From the human T2T-CHM13v2.0 reference genome, Homo sapiens, in NCBI RefSeq assembly GCF_009914755.1, contig NC_060931.1: a stretch of 64,000 nucleotides of DNA; one strand, 5' to 3'. Below the pieces are notes generated by a model, which did no database searches, was not told the origin of the DNA, and was given only the letters and a program-made list of their open reading frames with translations. Made by a program: the position numbers and the translations under genes. Below, in pieces: positions 34,915-54,892 of this stretch (position 1 is the stretch's first letter; every line of letters begins with the position of its first letter).

Positions 34915-35391
34915 CTACTTTCCTTGTCCCTTTGAGAATTAAAATATACAGCAGATATTTTGCAAGCAGATTTACCCCGACTCCTTCAGCCGAGGTTAAT
35001 CAATCCACAACCTCATCAGATTTAAGATCCCACCTGGCAGATGTGTTGGGGGTCCCGATAACTTTTAAATCTGAGCTGTAAGACTGTAGAAATCAAACCT
35101 GTTTGGTGTGGGAGGGTTTCTCAGGAATAGGGAGCTTGAGTAACTTTAGTGTTTAGTTTGACCTTTGTTTAAAAAAAAAAAAAAAAGCCCACACACCAAA
35201 AGAATTTTATTTTTTCTTGTCTTTGATCAGAGAATTTCAGTAACCCATGTTTGAGTTATGGTTTCATTTCATGGCTGTGAATATGTTTCTCATCTTGTGC
35301 CCTGCCTGTGAAATTGACCCTGACATAGTTCCCATCCAAGTTATTTTTCCCTAAAATATGTAGGAAATGAATAATGCATTGTTGATTATTC

Positions 35392-36582
<1,191 letters not shown>

Positions 36583-37479
36583 CGCCTACCCTAAAGGATA
36601 AAGTCTGCAATAATAGGGGTTAGTTCTGAGAACTGGCTGCAGCTAGCAATCTATTCTTTTGGAACCCAGTCTTTTGCCTTTCATCCTCTGCAAGTGCAGA
36701 CTCAATCAACCTAAGCAGATAGAGGAGGCTCTCCAAAGCCCAGGATAGAAAATAGCTTTCTTGCCTGGGGGGAGTAGTTGACTTCACACTTCAAAAAATT
36801 TCTAGAAGTTTTTAGCATCGCAGTTGGCATCTCTCTTTCATCAAGGTGAATATCCATCAAGAAGGGATGCAGTAGAGAGGAAACTCTTGGATTCTGAAGA
36901 TTCCATCTCATTTTCAGCTTCATCATGGATGAGCTGTATCATTTTGTGCAAGTTTCTTACATCTTTCTGAGCTTTAGTTTTTTTTTTTTTTTTCATCTGT
37001 AAGATAAGTAATTTAATACCTGCACCCCCATCACATCGGGATTTTTCTGGGGATCAAATGCGTTAGATAAATTAAACTTGAAAGCTTTCTTTACAAATTA
37101 TTTGAATGTAGGGCATTTAGTAATTCTCACTACTGTTGGCAACAGGGAGAAATTGGCAAGTTTCTAGTGGCTGGCTGGCTAGGGTTTGCATATCAGAATC
37201 CAACTTTCATATTTTATATCGTTTTCATATTTTCCATCTCTTTAATGCACTAAAGGGTAATCTCATTGAACTTATCTCTTGTCCCCTCTGTTTTTCTCCT
37301 CGTATGTATAACCTATTTGATTGCTTGCTGTGTTGTAAGCTCTAAAGACTCTTCATTTCTAGAAGTTTCACTTGGCTATTTTTCACATCTCTCTGTTTAT
37401 TTTTCACAAGGTTTTGTTCTTATGGTTTTTGACTCCTATTTTTAGGTTTTTACTCGTTTTGTTGTTGTTTCGGTTTTTT

Positions 37480-37797
<318 letters not shown>

Positions 37798-38107
37798 TGA
37801 ACATTCGTATTTTATGGTGTCTGTCTAATGGTTCTATTATGTCAAGTTCTTGAGAGTTCTAATCTTACTGTATTTGCTGAGTCTTACTTACAGTGGATTG
37901 TTTCCTCATGTGTTTATAATATCTATTAAGAGCTCATCTTTGATGGAGCTTCAGCTATGAAATTCTGGGTTGTATGTGGATTTCTCCGGTAAGTTTTCTC
38001 ATTTGCTTTTGCTCATCACTCCTAGGTGTCATCTTCTGAGGCTACTGTGCATGTACATTTCTAGGCTTGCTGTTTCCTGACTATGTACCTAATGTAAATT
38101 GAAATCT

Positions 38108-38242
38108 GGCCAGGCACAGAGGCTGATGCCTGTAATCCCAGTACTTTGGGAGGCCAAGGCAGGAGGATTGCTTGAGCCCAGGAGTTTAAGACCAGCGTGG
38201 GTAACATAGCAAGACCCTGTCTCAACAACAACAACAACAACA
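38108..38242 (+). mobile_element. FLAM-like Alu monomer
   Basis: Single arm with (CAA)n tail. TSD gaaatct. Confidence 0.85.
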
Positions 38243-38291
38243 GAAATCTCAAACCCTCAGGGACAGGTCATTATGAATTCTTGAGGGACAC

Positions 38292-38593
<302 letters not shown>

Positions 38594-39113
38594 GACAACT
38601 TTCTTTTATGCCCAGCACTCAAGAAGAGACAGACAGGTTTCCTTGTGATTTATGATTAGAGTAGATTTTCTGAATGCAAGCAGCCTGTGTGATCACCATC
38701 TGAACGTCAAAGGGATTCAGGTTTGCATTTTCATAGCTGTGTTAGAACAAGGTACTCAACCTTTCTGAACTTCAGTGTTTCCAACTCTCAAAAGCAGATA
38801 CTCTTACTCACCTAAAAGCATTGCTGTGAGAATGAAATGGGATCCTACATATATATGAAGTTCATGGCCTTGGACCTGCGGTAAAGGGAATGGTCCATAA
38901 ATGGTAGCTGTTCTTGGTCTTCCCATTTCAGAGATGAGAAATCTCAGACCCTGGAAGTCATGGTACCACTGGGCAAGGGCACCATGGTTAGGCCATTAGC
39001 CTCCTCTCAGAAACTCTTTTATGGGTCCACTTACCCACTTTCCTGCCTTGAAACAATAGAAGAACTAAGGGTTTTATCTTTATCTTGGTTTTTTATTTCT
39101 TAAATTCTGTTTC

Positions 39114-39718
<605 letters not shown>

Positions 39719-40077
39719 TTAAATTCTGTTTCAAACTTAAGCCCGGCCTCTGGTTTCAGCCTGCAGCAGGAGTGAAACCCGCACTGAGAGAGGAGAGACT
39801 GTCACTATTTTCATTGATAATGAAAGCAGTTTTCTAATGATAGAGGAAGCACAATAAAAGCTATCTCATAAATGGCTTTTATTACCCATTGTCTAGTCTT
39901 TCCTAAACAATAGGTTATTAGCCATATGTAATAGGGATTGAAGCTAATTGTTTTCCTTATTTTTCAGATAAAGAAATGAGTTGTACACAGTGATTTTTTT
40001 AAGGACACTTATAGCACTAATATTGTGTGAATCGATTTAGTTGAGAGCCATGTGAGAGAGTTAAAAGTTCATAGAGG

Positions 40078-40390
<313 letters not shown>

Positions 40391-40611
40391 TTAATAGAAA
40401 CTGGGTGCTTTGTTCATCTCTTTGTTTTCTTGAGTGGTTGAGATGCATTCCTGTCACACTGTGCCCCCAAATGACAAGGACAGCAATCTTTTTTTATGCT
40501 TTCTTGCCCATGGGTTACAGGGGTTTGGCCTTGTGGCCATGGGCCACACCATCTTTTCTTTTGTTGGGAGGAGGGAGGAAACTGGCTGGCCTTAGAGTTC
40601 AACATTGACAA

Positions 40612-40896
40612 TCTGGTAGAAGGTAATTGAATCATGGTGGTAGGTTTCTCCCATGCTGTTCTCTTGATAGTGAATAAGTCTCATGAGATCTGATGGTCTT
40701 ATAAAGGGCAGTTCCCCTGCATACACTCTCTTGCCTGCCACCATGTAAGACATGTCTTTGCTCCTCCTTCACCTTCTGCCACGATCGTGAGGCCTCCCCA
40801 GCCATGTGGAACTGTGAGTCCATTAAACCTCTTTGTCTTTATAAATTATTCAGTCTCAGGTATTTCTTCATAGGAGTGTGAAAATGGACTAATACA
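40612..40896 (+). mobile_element. 5'-truncated THE1/MST LTR
   Basis: ggtaattgaatcatgg...ctcatgagatctgatgg...aatggactaataca. Confidence 0.85.
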
Positions 40897-41416
40897 GTGT
40901 CCTGTCTCTTCTTCCTCAGAGCGGACACCTCCAGAAAGGAATGCTTTCATTAAGGAAAAAGGCAGCCAAAATCCTGTTTCCATAGAGTCTTGTTTAATTC
41001 TTTGTGTTACATCTCCATGTCATTATCAATGAATCAGCCTCCAGTGAAATAACTGACTGCACTTGTGGTTTACGTCACTGAGCCAGGAAGCCAGGGAGTG
41101 GGGTGTGTGGGAGAAACAGCTTTGCTTCTGAGCCTCTGGGGGTTATGGATAGGAATGCCCCTTGCCAGCTACTGGACCTGGTACTGTGGTGGCCTCTGTG
41201 TATATCCCTCAGTGTGCTGTGATCTTCAGGAGGGAAGGGATGATAGAGTCCACGTTTCAGCTGGCCTTTCTATTACTCGAGCAGAGTCGCCAGTCTTTCT
41301 GGATATATGTTCCTTTGTTGACTTGTTTCTGGAATGGAATTCCATAGGCTTTTAGACCTATATGGCTTGAAGAGGTGATAAAAGAAGGCATCTACAAGAC
41401 CATTAGAAAAGATCTT

Positions 41417-41720
41417 GGCTGGGCACGGTGGCTCATTCCTGTATTCCTAGCACTTTGGGAGGCCTAAGGTGGGAAGCTTGCTTGAGCCTAGGAGTTTGAG
41501 ACCAGCTTAGGCTACATAGTAAGACTCTGTCTCTACAAAAAGTACATGAGTTAGCCTGGCATGGTGGTGCATGCCTGTAGTCCCAGCTACTTAGGAGGCT
41601 GAGGCCGGAGGATTGAGGATTGCTTGAGCCTAAGGAGTTTGATGCTGCAGTGAGCTACGATCATGCCATTGCATTCCAGCCTGGGCAACAGAGCGAGACT
41701 CTTTCTCATAAATAGATAAA
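41417..41720 (+). mobile_element. Alu (J-like)
   Basis: Sense Alu consensus. Confidence 0.88.
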
Positions 41721-42452
41721 TAGGTAGATGAATAAATATATTACAATATACATTAAGACTTCATGTAAGTTTCATTATACCGAAAGAGTAATTGTTTTTT
41801 TCTCCTTGAGTTGTGTTAGAAAAAGTTCTTTTCTGTTATCACAGCTTAGTATATGCCAGGCCCAGGAGGGAATGGGGTCATACCAAGCCCCTGGAAGAAT
41901 TTTGGAGGAAAAAGAATCTTGTTCTGTTTCATGGGTCTTCTGGGAATGCAGAAGAGGAGGATCCGAGGGAAAGGAGGTTCTGAGAGAAAGTAGATTCTCT
42001 CCGTAAAAGCATCCAGAGAAAGCGTGTGGCTTTCTCAGCTATATTCTGACCCTGCTCAAGTAATAACCATGTTTCAACCTAAAACCGTCTCCTGCTTGTC
42101 TTTCAATGCACAGAGCTCAACATACTTTAAAGACAGAATAATTAGAATGTACTATGTACAAAATAACTACTAGCTCAGATGAGTCCTGCCCCAATTTAAA
42201 ATTGAGAACAGTGAGTGCTAGTGTTATGTTTTTAAATGAAACTAAGCAAAACCACTTCTTTTCTGATTATAAAAGTCAACAGGTTCATTGTAAAGGCATG
42301 GGAAAAAATTTAAAGAAGAAAATAAAAGTATCCCACAACCTTACAACCTAGAAATAATGATAGGTAACTGGTTTAGCATATTACCTTTTATTGACCTGTA
42401 TATAAATAAATATTGGGTCATACATAGCTATGATTGTGTTTTGACTTTATAA

Positions 42453-42815
<363 letters not shown>

Positions 42816-42999
42816 TTCATTCAGTATTCTTTATATGATGTTTTAATAGCTGCATTCATTTTATCATGGACTGTGCCAAAATATACTTAATTATATCCCA
42901 ATTGATATAAATTTAGAAGATTTTAATTTTTTCATTATGATCGATAATATTTTGATTTAAAGTTTTGTACAAAAACTTTTTTTAAATCTCTGATTTTTT

Positions 43000-43690
43000 T
43001 TATTTCCTCTTCTGGCTTTTTACAAGATTTTGCCTTTGTTTTTAAATTTCCCATTATGATGTATCTAAGGATAGATTTCTTTTTATTTGTTCTGCTTGAG
43101 ATTTGTTGAGCTTTGAATATATGTGTTCATTTCCTTCCTCAATTATGGGACATTCTTATCTATTATATCTTCTAATATTTCTTCTGCCCTGTTTACTGTC
43201 CTCTGGGATTTCACAAACTGGTGTCAGATCTTATCATTGTATTATTTATGTTGCCTACCCTCTTTTATTTATTCTTCATCTTTTTCTCCCTCTGTGCTTC
43301 ATTCTGCATAGTTTCTTCTGTCTTAGCCTCTAGTTCATTAATGCTCTCTTCAGCTGTGTCTAATCTGCTGATAAATGATCCACTGAGTTCTTAATTTTTG
43401 AACTTTTTGATTTTAGATTTTTCTCTTTTTCCTTTTTCAAATATGTTGTGCTACTTTTTGTGATTTCCAGTTTCCTGCCAAAAATTTTAAGCTTGCTTTT
43501 TAATTTTCTTAAGCACAGTAAACATAGATGTTTTCCAATAAGTCTGATAGTTCCAGTATCTGGAAGTCCTGTGCCTCTCTTTTGTTGTCTGTTATTTTCA
43601 TGCAAGTCTAACTTTTGGCCTCTTGATTCCTAATGCTTTTGATTGTCTTTGATTAGGTGTTAGAGATGTTAGCTACTGTGTTTGAAAAAG
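43000..43690 (-). mobile_element. Old L1M internal fragment
   Basis: T-rich antisense L1 sequence, e.g. ctctcttcagctgtgtctaatctgctg...ccactgagttcttaattt. Confidence 0.55.
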
Positions 43691-43698
43691 TTATGTAT

Positions 43699-43905
43699 AG
43701 CCTGGGCAACATAGTGAAATACTGTCTCTTAAAAAAAATACAAAAAGAAATTAGCCAGGTGCATGGCACAGACCTGTAGTCCTAGCTACTTGGAAGGCTA
43801 ATGCACTGGAGCCTGGGAGGTTGACGGTACATTGAGCTATGATCACACCACTGCACTCCAGCCTAGGGGACAGAGTGAGACCCTGTCTCAAAAAAAAAAA
43901 AAAAG
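43699..43905 (+). mobile_element. 5'-truncated Alu (J-like)
   Basis: Starts at agcctgggcaacatagtg and ends in an A tail. Confidence 0.85.
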
Positions 43906-43952
43906 AGAGAGAGAGCGGGAAAGCAAGAGTTATTTGTCAAGTTAATTTGTAA

Positions 43953-44856
<904 letters not shown>

Positions 44857-45144
44857 CACCAGGTTACTCTTAAGGGCAGACTTTTTGTATTTTAGCCAAA
44901 AATGAAGGGTGGTTTACCAGGTTGCCCATTATTAGTGGGCACTGAAACCCAACTCTCGGCTTTCTGGCCTTTTGAGGTGGCTAGAAGTGCAACCCAGCCT
45001 CTCAGTCCCGCTTTATGGACTGGAACACACCTCAAGGTAGAAGGAAACCCAGTTGCTGGGCATCTGTCTCCCTTTTCTAGTCTCGGCCAGAGTTCAACCT
45101 AATAATTTTCATTTTGTTCATCTACAGTGGTTTTATTAAGATCA

Positions 45145-45457
<313 letters not shown>

Positions 45458-46262
45458 TTATCCAGCTTTTTTAGTTTTTTTAGGCTATAGAGTTGGTCCA
45501 AATTACATCATCTGACAGTCTCAGAGGCAGAAGTCATTATTATCCTTTATGATAAATTCCTAAGAGTAGAATTTCTAGGTCTAAGACATGTTTATTTTTA
45601 AGACTTACGAGACAGACTGCCAAATTACTTTCCAGAAAAGTTGTTTTTCATATTGAATCCTTGTTCTTTTTCTTCCCTTCTCCTAAGTATCTGTTGGTGT
45701 CTCAAAGTTCTGTTCATTCTTCTACAGTAATTTAAAACCTGTAACACAATTTAAATTTTAGTTGCAAGTCAGATGTAAGAAAGGGTGACTTTATTTTTCC
45801 AAATAAGAATTCAACTTGCTCTCCAGCCCTCGTGTTCACTGATGATGGAAAAGAAAACTAATCTTTTTGTTTCAAGGTAACTCAGTTTCTTCCCATTGAA
45901 AACTCCATCTCTTTCAGGACAATTGCTCCATTAAATCAAGATTTTGACCGGCTGTTATTTGTTAAGGGTCGCTCTTCCCCCTTGAAAGTTCTCCCTCTCC
46001 CAGCTTTCCTCTTAAATAGTGCCTGGAAGCAAGGGGAGCTGGTGCTGCCTTGGGGCAACGAGAGAGGTGTCTGGGCTGCGCCTGTCTTCTGGGACCTTTC
46101 TGGCTTCTGTTGACACCTCCCAATCTTGAGTTTTGTCCCTTCTGTATTCATAGCCGATGCCCTTGGCCCTGCTTCTGAACTTCAGGCAAGATATCCACCC
46201 AGTGGGTACCCTCCTGTCCCCTGACTCCCTTTGTGAACCAACCTGTCTAGTTCTTTGCTTCC

Positions 46263-46617
46263 TGATATGGTTTGGTTCTGTCCCCACCCAAATCTCATCT
46301 TGAATTGTACCTCCTGTGTGTCGTGGGAGGGACCCAGTGAGAGGTAGTTGAATCCTGGGGACGGGTTTTTCCCATGCTGTTCTCATGATAGTGGATAAAT
46401 CTCGTGAGATCTGATGGGTTTATGAAGGGCAGTTTCCCTGCACACTCTCTGTTGCCTGCCACCATGTAAGACGTGACTTTGTTCCTCCTTTGCCTTTCGC
46501 CATGATGGTGAGGCCTCCCAAGCCATGTGGACTGTGAGTCCATTAAACCTCTTTCCTTTATAACTTACCCAGTCTTGGGGTATATCTGTATTAGCAGTGT
46601 GAGAACTGACTAATACA
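46263..46617 (+). mobile_element. THE1/MST solo LTR
   Basis: tgatatggtttgg...gactaataca, with TSD-like cttcc/cctcc. Confidence 0.9.
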
Positions 46618-46977
46618 CCTCCCCTTCGCCTGGGGTACTCAGGAACTTCAGGATTTCCTACAGGCCAGGAGCTGGCTGTGGGCATTTAGAGCATTATTTT
46701 AGGTCCTCTCTCTGCCTAAACATCACTCCACCATTCCTGCCCCACTGCCCATAGCACGCTGCAAGACAATTGCCTCCCGCCAGAGTGCTAGGCAGGAAGC
46801 AAAACATCCATCTCTTTGCCTTCCCATCCTCAAACCCATTTGCAGATTTCTGTACCCACTCCCTGAATTCCAACGTGAGCAGTAGGGTGAGGCTGAAACT
46901 CCCCCAGGAGAGACCTTCTCTTATGTCTGTCTCTTCTGTCTCCAGACTTATTCCCCAGCCCAAGGAGAATTAGCTTC

Positions 46978-47378
46978 TGTGTGTGTCTGTTTTGCATTGC
47001 TCTAAAAGAATATCTGAGGCTGGATAATTTATAAAGAAAAGAGGGTTATTTGGCTTACGGTTCTGCAGGTTGTACAAGAAGCATGGCGCCAACATCTGCT
47101 TGGCTTCTGGTGAAGGCTTCAGACATCTTCAGTCATAGTGGAAGGGGAAGGGGGAGCCAGCATTACGTGGTGAGAGAGGGAGCAAGAGAGACAAGGGAGG
47201 TCCTAGAGTCTTCGTTAACAACCAGATCTTGCTGAACTCATTACCACAGGGAAGGCACCAAACCATTCATGAGGGGTCTGCCCTCATGACCCAAACAGGT
47301 CCCATCAGGCCCCAACCACAACTCTGGTGATCACATTTCATCATGAGATTTGGAAGGGACTGACATCCAAATTATATC
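46978..47378 (-). mobile_element. MST-family MaLR LTR
   Basis: ttgcattgctctaaaagaatatctgaggctggataatttataaagaaaagagg...catccaaattatatca. Confidence 0.85.
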
Positions 47379-47899
47379 AGTCTTTTGGGGCACTGGAACT
47401 TTCCCATATGTCAGTACTTCTCAACCCTGATTGTGCTTTAGAATCAAATATGGATGTCGACCAATCAAACCAGTGTCTGGGAGTGTGCCTGAACAGAGGT
47501 CATTTTTCAAGATTCCCCAGGTGATCCTAAAGTGAGCCAGCAGTGAGCCCAGCAGCTTTGTCTTACTGAACTCATTACCATGGGGAGAACGCCAAACCAT
47601 TCATGAGGGGTCTGCCCTCATGACCCAAACAGGTCCCATCAGGCCCCACCTATAACACTGGTGATCACATTTCAACATGAGATTTGGAAGGGAGAAACAT
47701 CCAAATTATATCAGCCTTTTTTGGCATTGGAACTATCCCATATGTCAGTGATTCTCAACCCTGGTTGTGCTTTAGAATCAAATATGGATGTAGACCCATC
47801 ATCAAACCAGTGTCTGGGAGTGCACCTCAACACAGGCAAGTTTTCAAGATTCCCTCGTTGATCCTAAGGTGAGCCAGCAGTGAGCCCCACGGCTTTGTC
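47227..47899. repeat. Head-to-tail tandem duplication, period about 334 bp
   Basis: Copy 1 at 47227-47560 and copy 2 at 47561-47899. The paralogous spurious ORFs at 47327 and 47661 are exactly 334 nt apart. Confidence 0.95.
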
Positions 47900-48612
47900 A
47901 CAACCGCCATCCTCTGGCTTCACCGGTCTGCTGTCCTTAATATCTAAAGGGAGGCTTTTGGAATTTAGCAAATGCTTTCTGTCTCTGATGCACGGCTCGT
48001 GCGCTTGAAATCCGGGCTTAGGGACTATTGCTTCAGCAGTTAACGTCAGGAATCTATTTTATAGTCACAACAGAAAATTAACATCTCCTTTGCTTTTCTT
48101 TCTATCTCAGCTCTGACAGTCTTCCCCTAGATCAAGGCTAATGACTGCCTCTGGATGAGATGGCAAATCCAGCATAGAAAAAGCCCATTCATAAGTTTCA
48201 AAATAAATTATTATACTCTTTTATTTGACTACTTTCTTACAACTATTTTGCTGCTACTGTAGCCCTTAAATACGCAAGGCCATCAGAAAGCTGTCTTCTT
48301 ACCTGAATCTCATTTGGTTCCGAGAACAATTGCTGTCACCTGACTGTCCTTGGGTAAACATCATAGGCCAATGCTGAGAAGTGTTTTAAAAATCAGATTT
48401 GTGGAGCTTATTGTATTTGCTGAAGTGGTGTTAAGGAGACTTGGTTAAGGAGACCAAGTCACTCAGTAGAGAAATTTCTCTTGGGTCTTAGTGATCAAGT
48501 AACTATCTTTCTCTTATTAAAAATCTTTTAGACACTGCAGATCCAGCCAACGGTTCTGTCTACAGTGGGGATGAAAGAGCTTGGAGCTGAGTTTGTGGCC
48601 CACTGTTATTAA

Positions 48613-49305
<693 letters not shown>

Positions 49306-49627
49306 ATTAATTACTTTCTTTTCATTTTGTTTTATCCCATAGTGCCTGCATTGATATAGGATGTCCTAAAACATTCTCAGAAAACTTCTCCACCATGCAA
49401 AAATCTCAATACTCTTTCTTTCTTTTTGGAACCCTGTCAGTGTTGCTAGCCTGATGCCATTCTCGAATGTACATCCTAAAGCTTTTATCAAAGTTGTTCT
49501 TGCATCAGCCCTGGAAGTTGAAGAGGGATTATTGCCCTCCTTTTACAGATGAAGAGGAGGCTGATCCATCTTTCAAGACTTTCTCTTCACATGAGTCCCC
49601 ATTCATTCTTTCAAAGTTACCTTCCTA

Positions 49628-50210
<583 letters not shown>

Positions 50211-51603
50211 ACAATCACCTTTCTGCCAGTCTCTCCCAGTCCAGAGACTGTACTCTCCTCCACGGCTTCATCTTCTAGCACAGAGGTTGGTGAAATTTTT
50301 CTCTGATTGGCTGGATAGTAAATCCAGGCAAAATCAAGGATATTATGTGGGTACTTATAAACAAAGTGCAAAACCTGATTTCTACAAATATTTTATTGAC
50401 AAAATCCAAAATGTAACATTAATGAGTCTAGGTTTTTTTTTTGGTAATCTGGGTCTACTAATGAGAACATTTGAATTTTCGTGTGTACAGGTGACATGTT
50501 GCTTTGTTTAGGTTCAAAGTTAGTGTTCCCATCATCATCATCAAATCAGTTATAAGTGTTCATCTGTTAAAAAAAATCCTTAATTCTCTGGCCAGACAAA
50601 AACAGGCAGTGTAGTTTGCTGATGATGCCTGTTCTAGACCTTTCTCTTTTTCTTTTCCCCAAATGTTCACTCAACCATGTCTCATCTCACAAGATAGCTA
50701 ACCAGACACTTTAAAATATATATACACAGTATATATAAAGTGTCGATGGCTGACAACAGCTTAATGTGTCACCACTTCTTAAGAAGCATAGTGCATTTAC
50801 AAAAACACTCTTCCAAGGCTTATTTGCAAATCAGTTTCTCAAAGCTTCAAGGAAATATGATTACCAAAAAGTAAAAGTATTATCCCGAGAAAATTGCTTA
50901 TAGGGAATATCTTACTAGGGAGTTTCGATGTGGATCTTTGTTTTAATAAAACAAGCCCAGACAGAAATCAGTCAGCCAAGGAAATGAGTTTTGAGACTGG
51001 CAACTTCAGTCACCACTGGCGTTTTTTTCTGCATCTGTGAAAATTCACACCCCACAGAGATGAGGCTTCCTTTATCCTACAAAAGGAAATGCTCTTAATT
51101 CCTTGACAGTTCCCTTTCCAATCTGAAGGAAGTTGTTGTTTCAGCATGAATTATCTTTTCAGCAACAAAGGTGAAAGTGCTACTTCCACTTAAAGGCAAA
51201 GCACTGGCCTTTGGGTCCTATTTTCTTGTGAGATTATTTGTGAGCTGGATGCAGTGTTTGATTGTTTTAAAAGGCAGCCGACTTGTCCTTTTGGTATTTA
51301 TATGTATAGCAGAGGCAATTGGAACTCTGGGCATTAAATTACCGTAATGTGCCAGTTGAGAATTCTATTCAAGCCAGCCAACTCCTTCCTCAAAATTATA
51401 TTTTTAGTGTTTAGCAGCTGCAAGTTCCCAGAAATCTTCAAAGTGGGATCACTTATTTCACCCAGTGCAAGAGCTCTTAGCTGCTGCCAGTGTGAGATGA
51501 TCTGGTCTGGGAGGCAGTTGGGTACCTGGGAGGGGCGAGAGATCAGAGGCCCCCTGGGTTGCCCTTAGTTCTGCACTTATTTGCATATGCTTCCCCTTGG
51601 TCA

Positions 51604-52332
<729 letters not shown>

Positions 52333-52463
52333 TCACAAATTGTCCTAAGGTAGCAGCAGATGCATTGAGATGCCCAGTAAAGGGTGCTGTTGGTCTCAGT
52401 GATGTGCTCCTATCTCATTCTCCTCCTCCTTCCCTGCCTGGTCTTTTGGCCACCGTGGCTTAC

Positions 52464-52965
52464 CGTTATCCCCGCAAAACAGGATCCATTTGCTTGGGGA
52501 GTAACAAGCAACTCCCCATGAGAACACAGGCTTTGATCAATAGGGAATTGATCACTTGTCACAAGGAAGGAGAGCATGGGAGTATCCTCCAAAGCAGTGT
52601 CTCCCGTGGGAAAGTGACAGGAGGGTTTTATGGAATGATGGAGAGGGGAGAGGGTGTGTCATCACATGCAGAGGAGGGGTCCTAGTGGCGCAGGCACAGG
52701 GAGCCATCATGCCTTCGTGCCAGCACCCAGGTTGCATGTGATGGTAACGGAGCTGTAGCTCTCTTTAGCACCGTCATGAGAAAGTTCACTTGAGTTCATC
52801 TATAAATCGCTGGGGGAGGTCTGTCAGGAGGCGGTGTTAACCAACTAGGTGACCATATAGGGTTTAGGAAGAAACAGGCTTCAGGGCAGGAGCCTGTAAA
52901 ACAGGCTGATTGCTCAAATTGAGCACATTCCTATAATCCCTGGAGACCCTGCCTGTTTGCTTACA
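52464..52965 (-). mobile_element. Probable ERV1-like solo LTR
   Basis: LTR-like phrases aggagagcatgggagtatcctccaaagcagtgtctcc and gaaagttcacttgagttcatc, ending in ttaca. Family not assigned. Confidence 0.45.
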
Positions 52966-53116
52966 ATACTGGTGCCTGTGCCAGTGGGTATAGATTGGAT
53001 GTGTGATACAACCAAAGAAGGGCAACATCTGCATTGGACATTTATTCTACTGTATTAGGAGATGGTGTAAAAGAATTCACCGTTGCTGATGTAACAAAAT
53101 GCACTGAAATGAGTGA

Positions 53117-53420
<304 letters not shown>

Positions 53421-54029
53421 TGAAATGAGTGAATTTGCATTAACCAACCTACTGATTGCCAAAGAAGTTGGCGGTACTACGAAAACACTCAGTACTGATT
53501 ATACCTTGAGGGTTGGATTTGCAGACATTCATACCAGGACAACTCCAGGGGTGAGGATGAGTGTTTTGCACGTGGGACCTTGGAATGAGAAAGTGCTTAG
53601 CAAACAGCTGAAGCAGAACTAAGACCAAAGAAAACGGCAGCCTGTTTGAGTCTGAGGTCAGAGAAAAGCAGCAAGTCCCAGCAGGCCAGTGGGAATCAGG
53701 AAATAGAAAATAGAGTCAGCCCCTGATCCCTGGGTCAGGAACCATCATCATGATAGAATTTGGAGATATGGCTGCCAGAGAACAGAGACCAACGGGTGGC
53801 TGGGGTCTAAGAGAATGTCAAGAGATGACAGGTGTCAGGGAAAAGCAAGGGTAAGACATGACACCACCAGGACTTGTGCCCAACAGGTGACTGAGACAGC
53901 GAGCCACATGGTGACAAGCAGGCATCCAAGCGGGAGAATGTCACCAAACAGGGGAATGAGGGGTGGGTGGAAGACACTGGTCCAAAGGGGCTGCCTTCTG
54001 GTACATTCTGGAGATAGACACTCCCCTGA

Positions 54030-54372
<343 letters not shown>

Positions 54373-54488
54373 CACAGTCTCTGGTTTCTAGCTCCTTCTT
54401 TTCTCTCCACCACTGGAGCCTGCTCTTCCCATACCTACAGCCTCACTCATTGATGTACAACACAGGGACACAAGCCTTCAACCAGAAA

Positions 54489-54892
54489 TCATTATTATTA
54501 CATTGTAATATATAATGAAATAGTTCTACAACTCACCATCATGTAGAATCAGTGGGAGCCCTGAGCTTGTTCCTGCAACTAGAGGGTCCCATCTGGGGGT
54601 GATGGGAGACGGTGACAGATCATCAGGCATTAGATTCTCATAAGCAGCTCTCAGCCTAGATCCCTTGAATGCACAGTTCACAACAGGGTGTGCACACCTA
54701 TGAGAATCTAATGCCGCTGCTGCTCTGACAGGAGGCAGAGCTCAGGCGGTAATGCGAGTGATGGGAAACCTCATCTGTCAGTACAGATGAAGCTTTACTC
54801 ACTTGCCTGCCACTCACCTCCTGATGGGCAACTTGGTTCCTAACAGGCCATCAACTGGTGCTGGTCCATGGCCTGGGGGTTGAGGACCCCTG
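54489..54892 (+). mobile_element. MER1A-like hAT-Charlie element (partial)
   Basis: gtagaatcagtgggagccctgagcttgt...caggcattagattctcataag...tgagaatctaatgccgctgc...gggggttgaggacccctg. Confidence 0.88.

Noticed and set aside
45858-45882. Possible recursive splice site (ctaatctttttgtttcaag|gtaact)
   Set aside because: The acceptor is AAG rather than YAG, the pyrimidine tract is short, and the branch candidate is too close.
47327-47861. Two paralogous ORFs of about 65 aa suggesting a small gene pair
   Set aside because: They are a by-product of the 334-bp tandem duplication of LTR/MER sequence.
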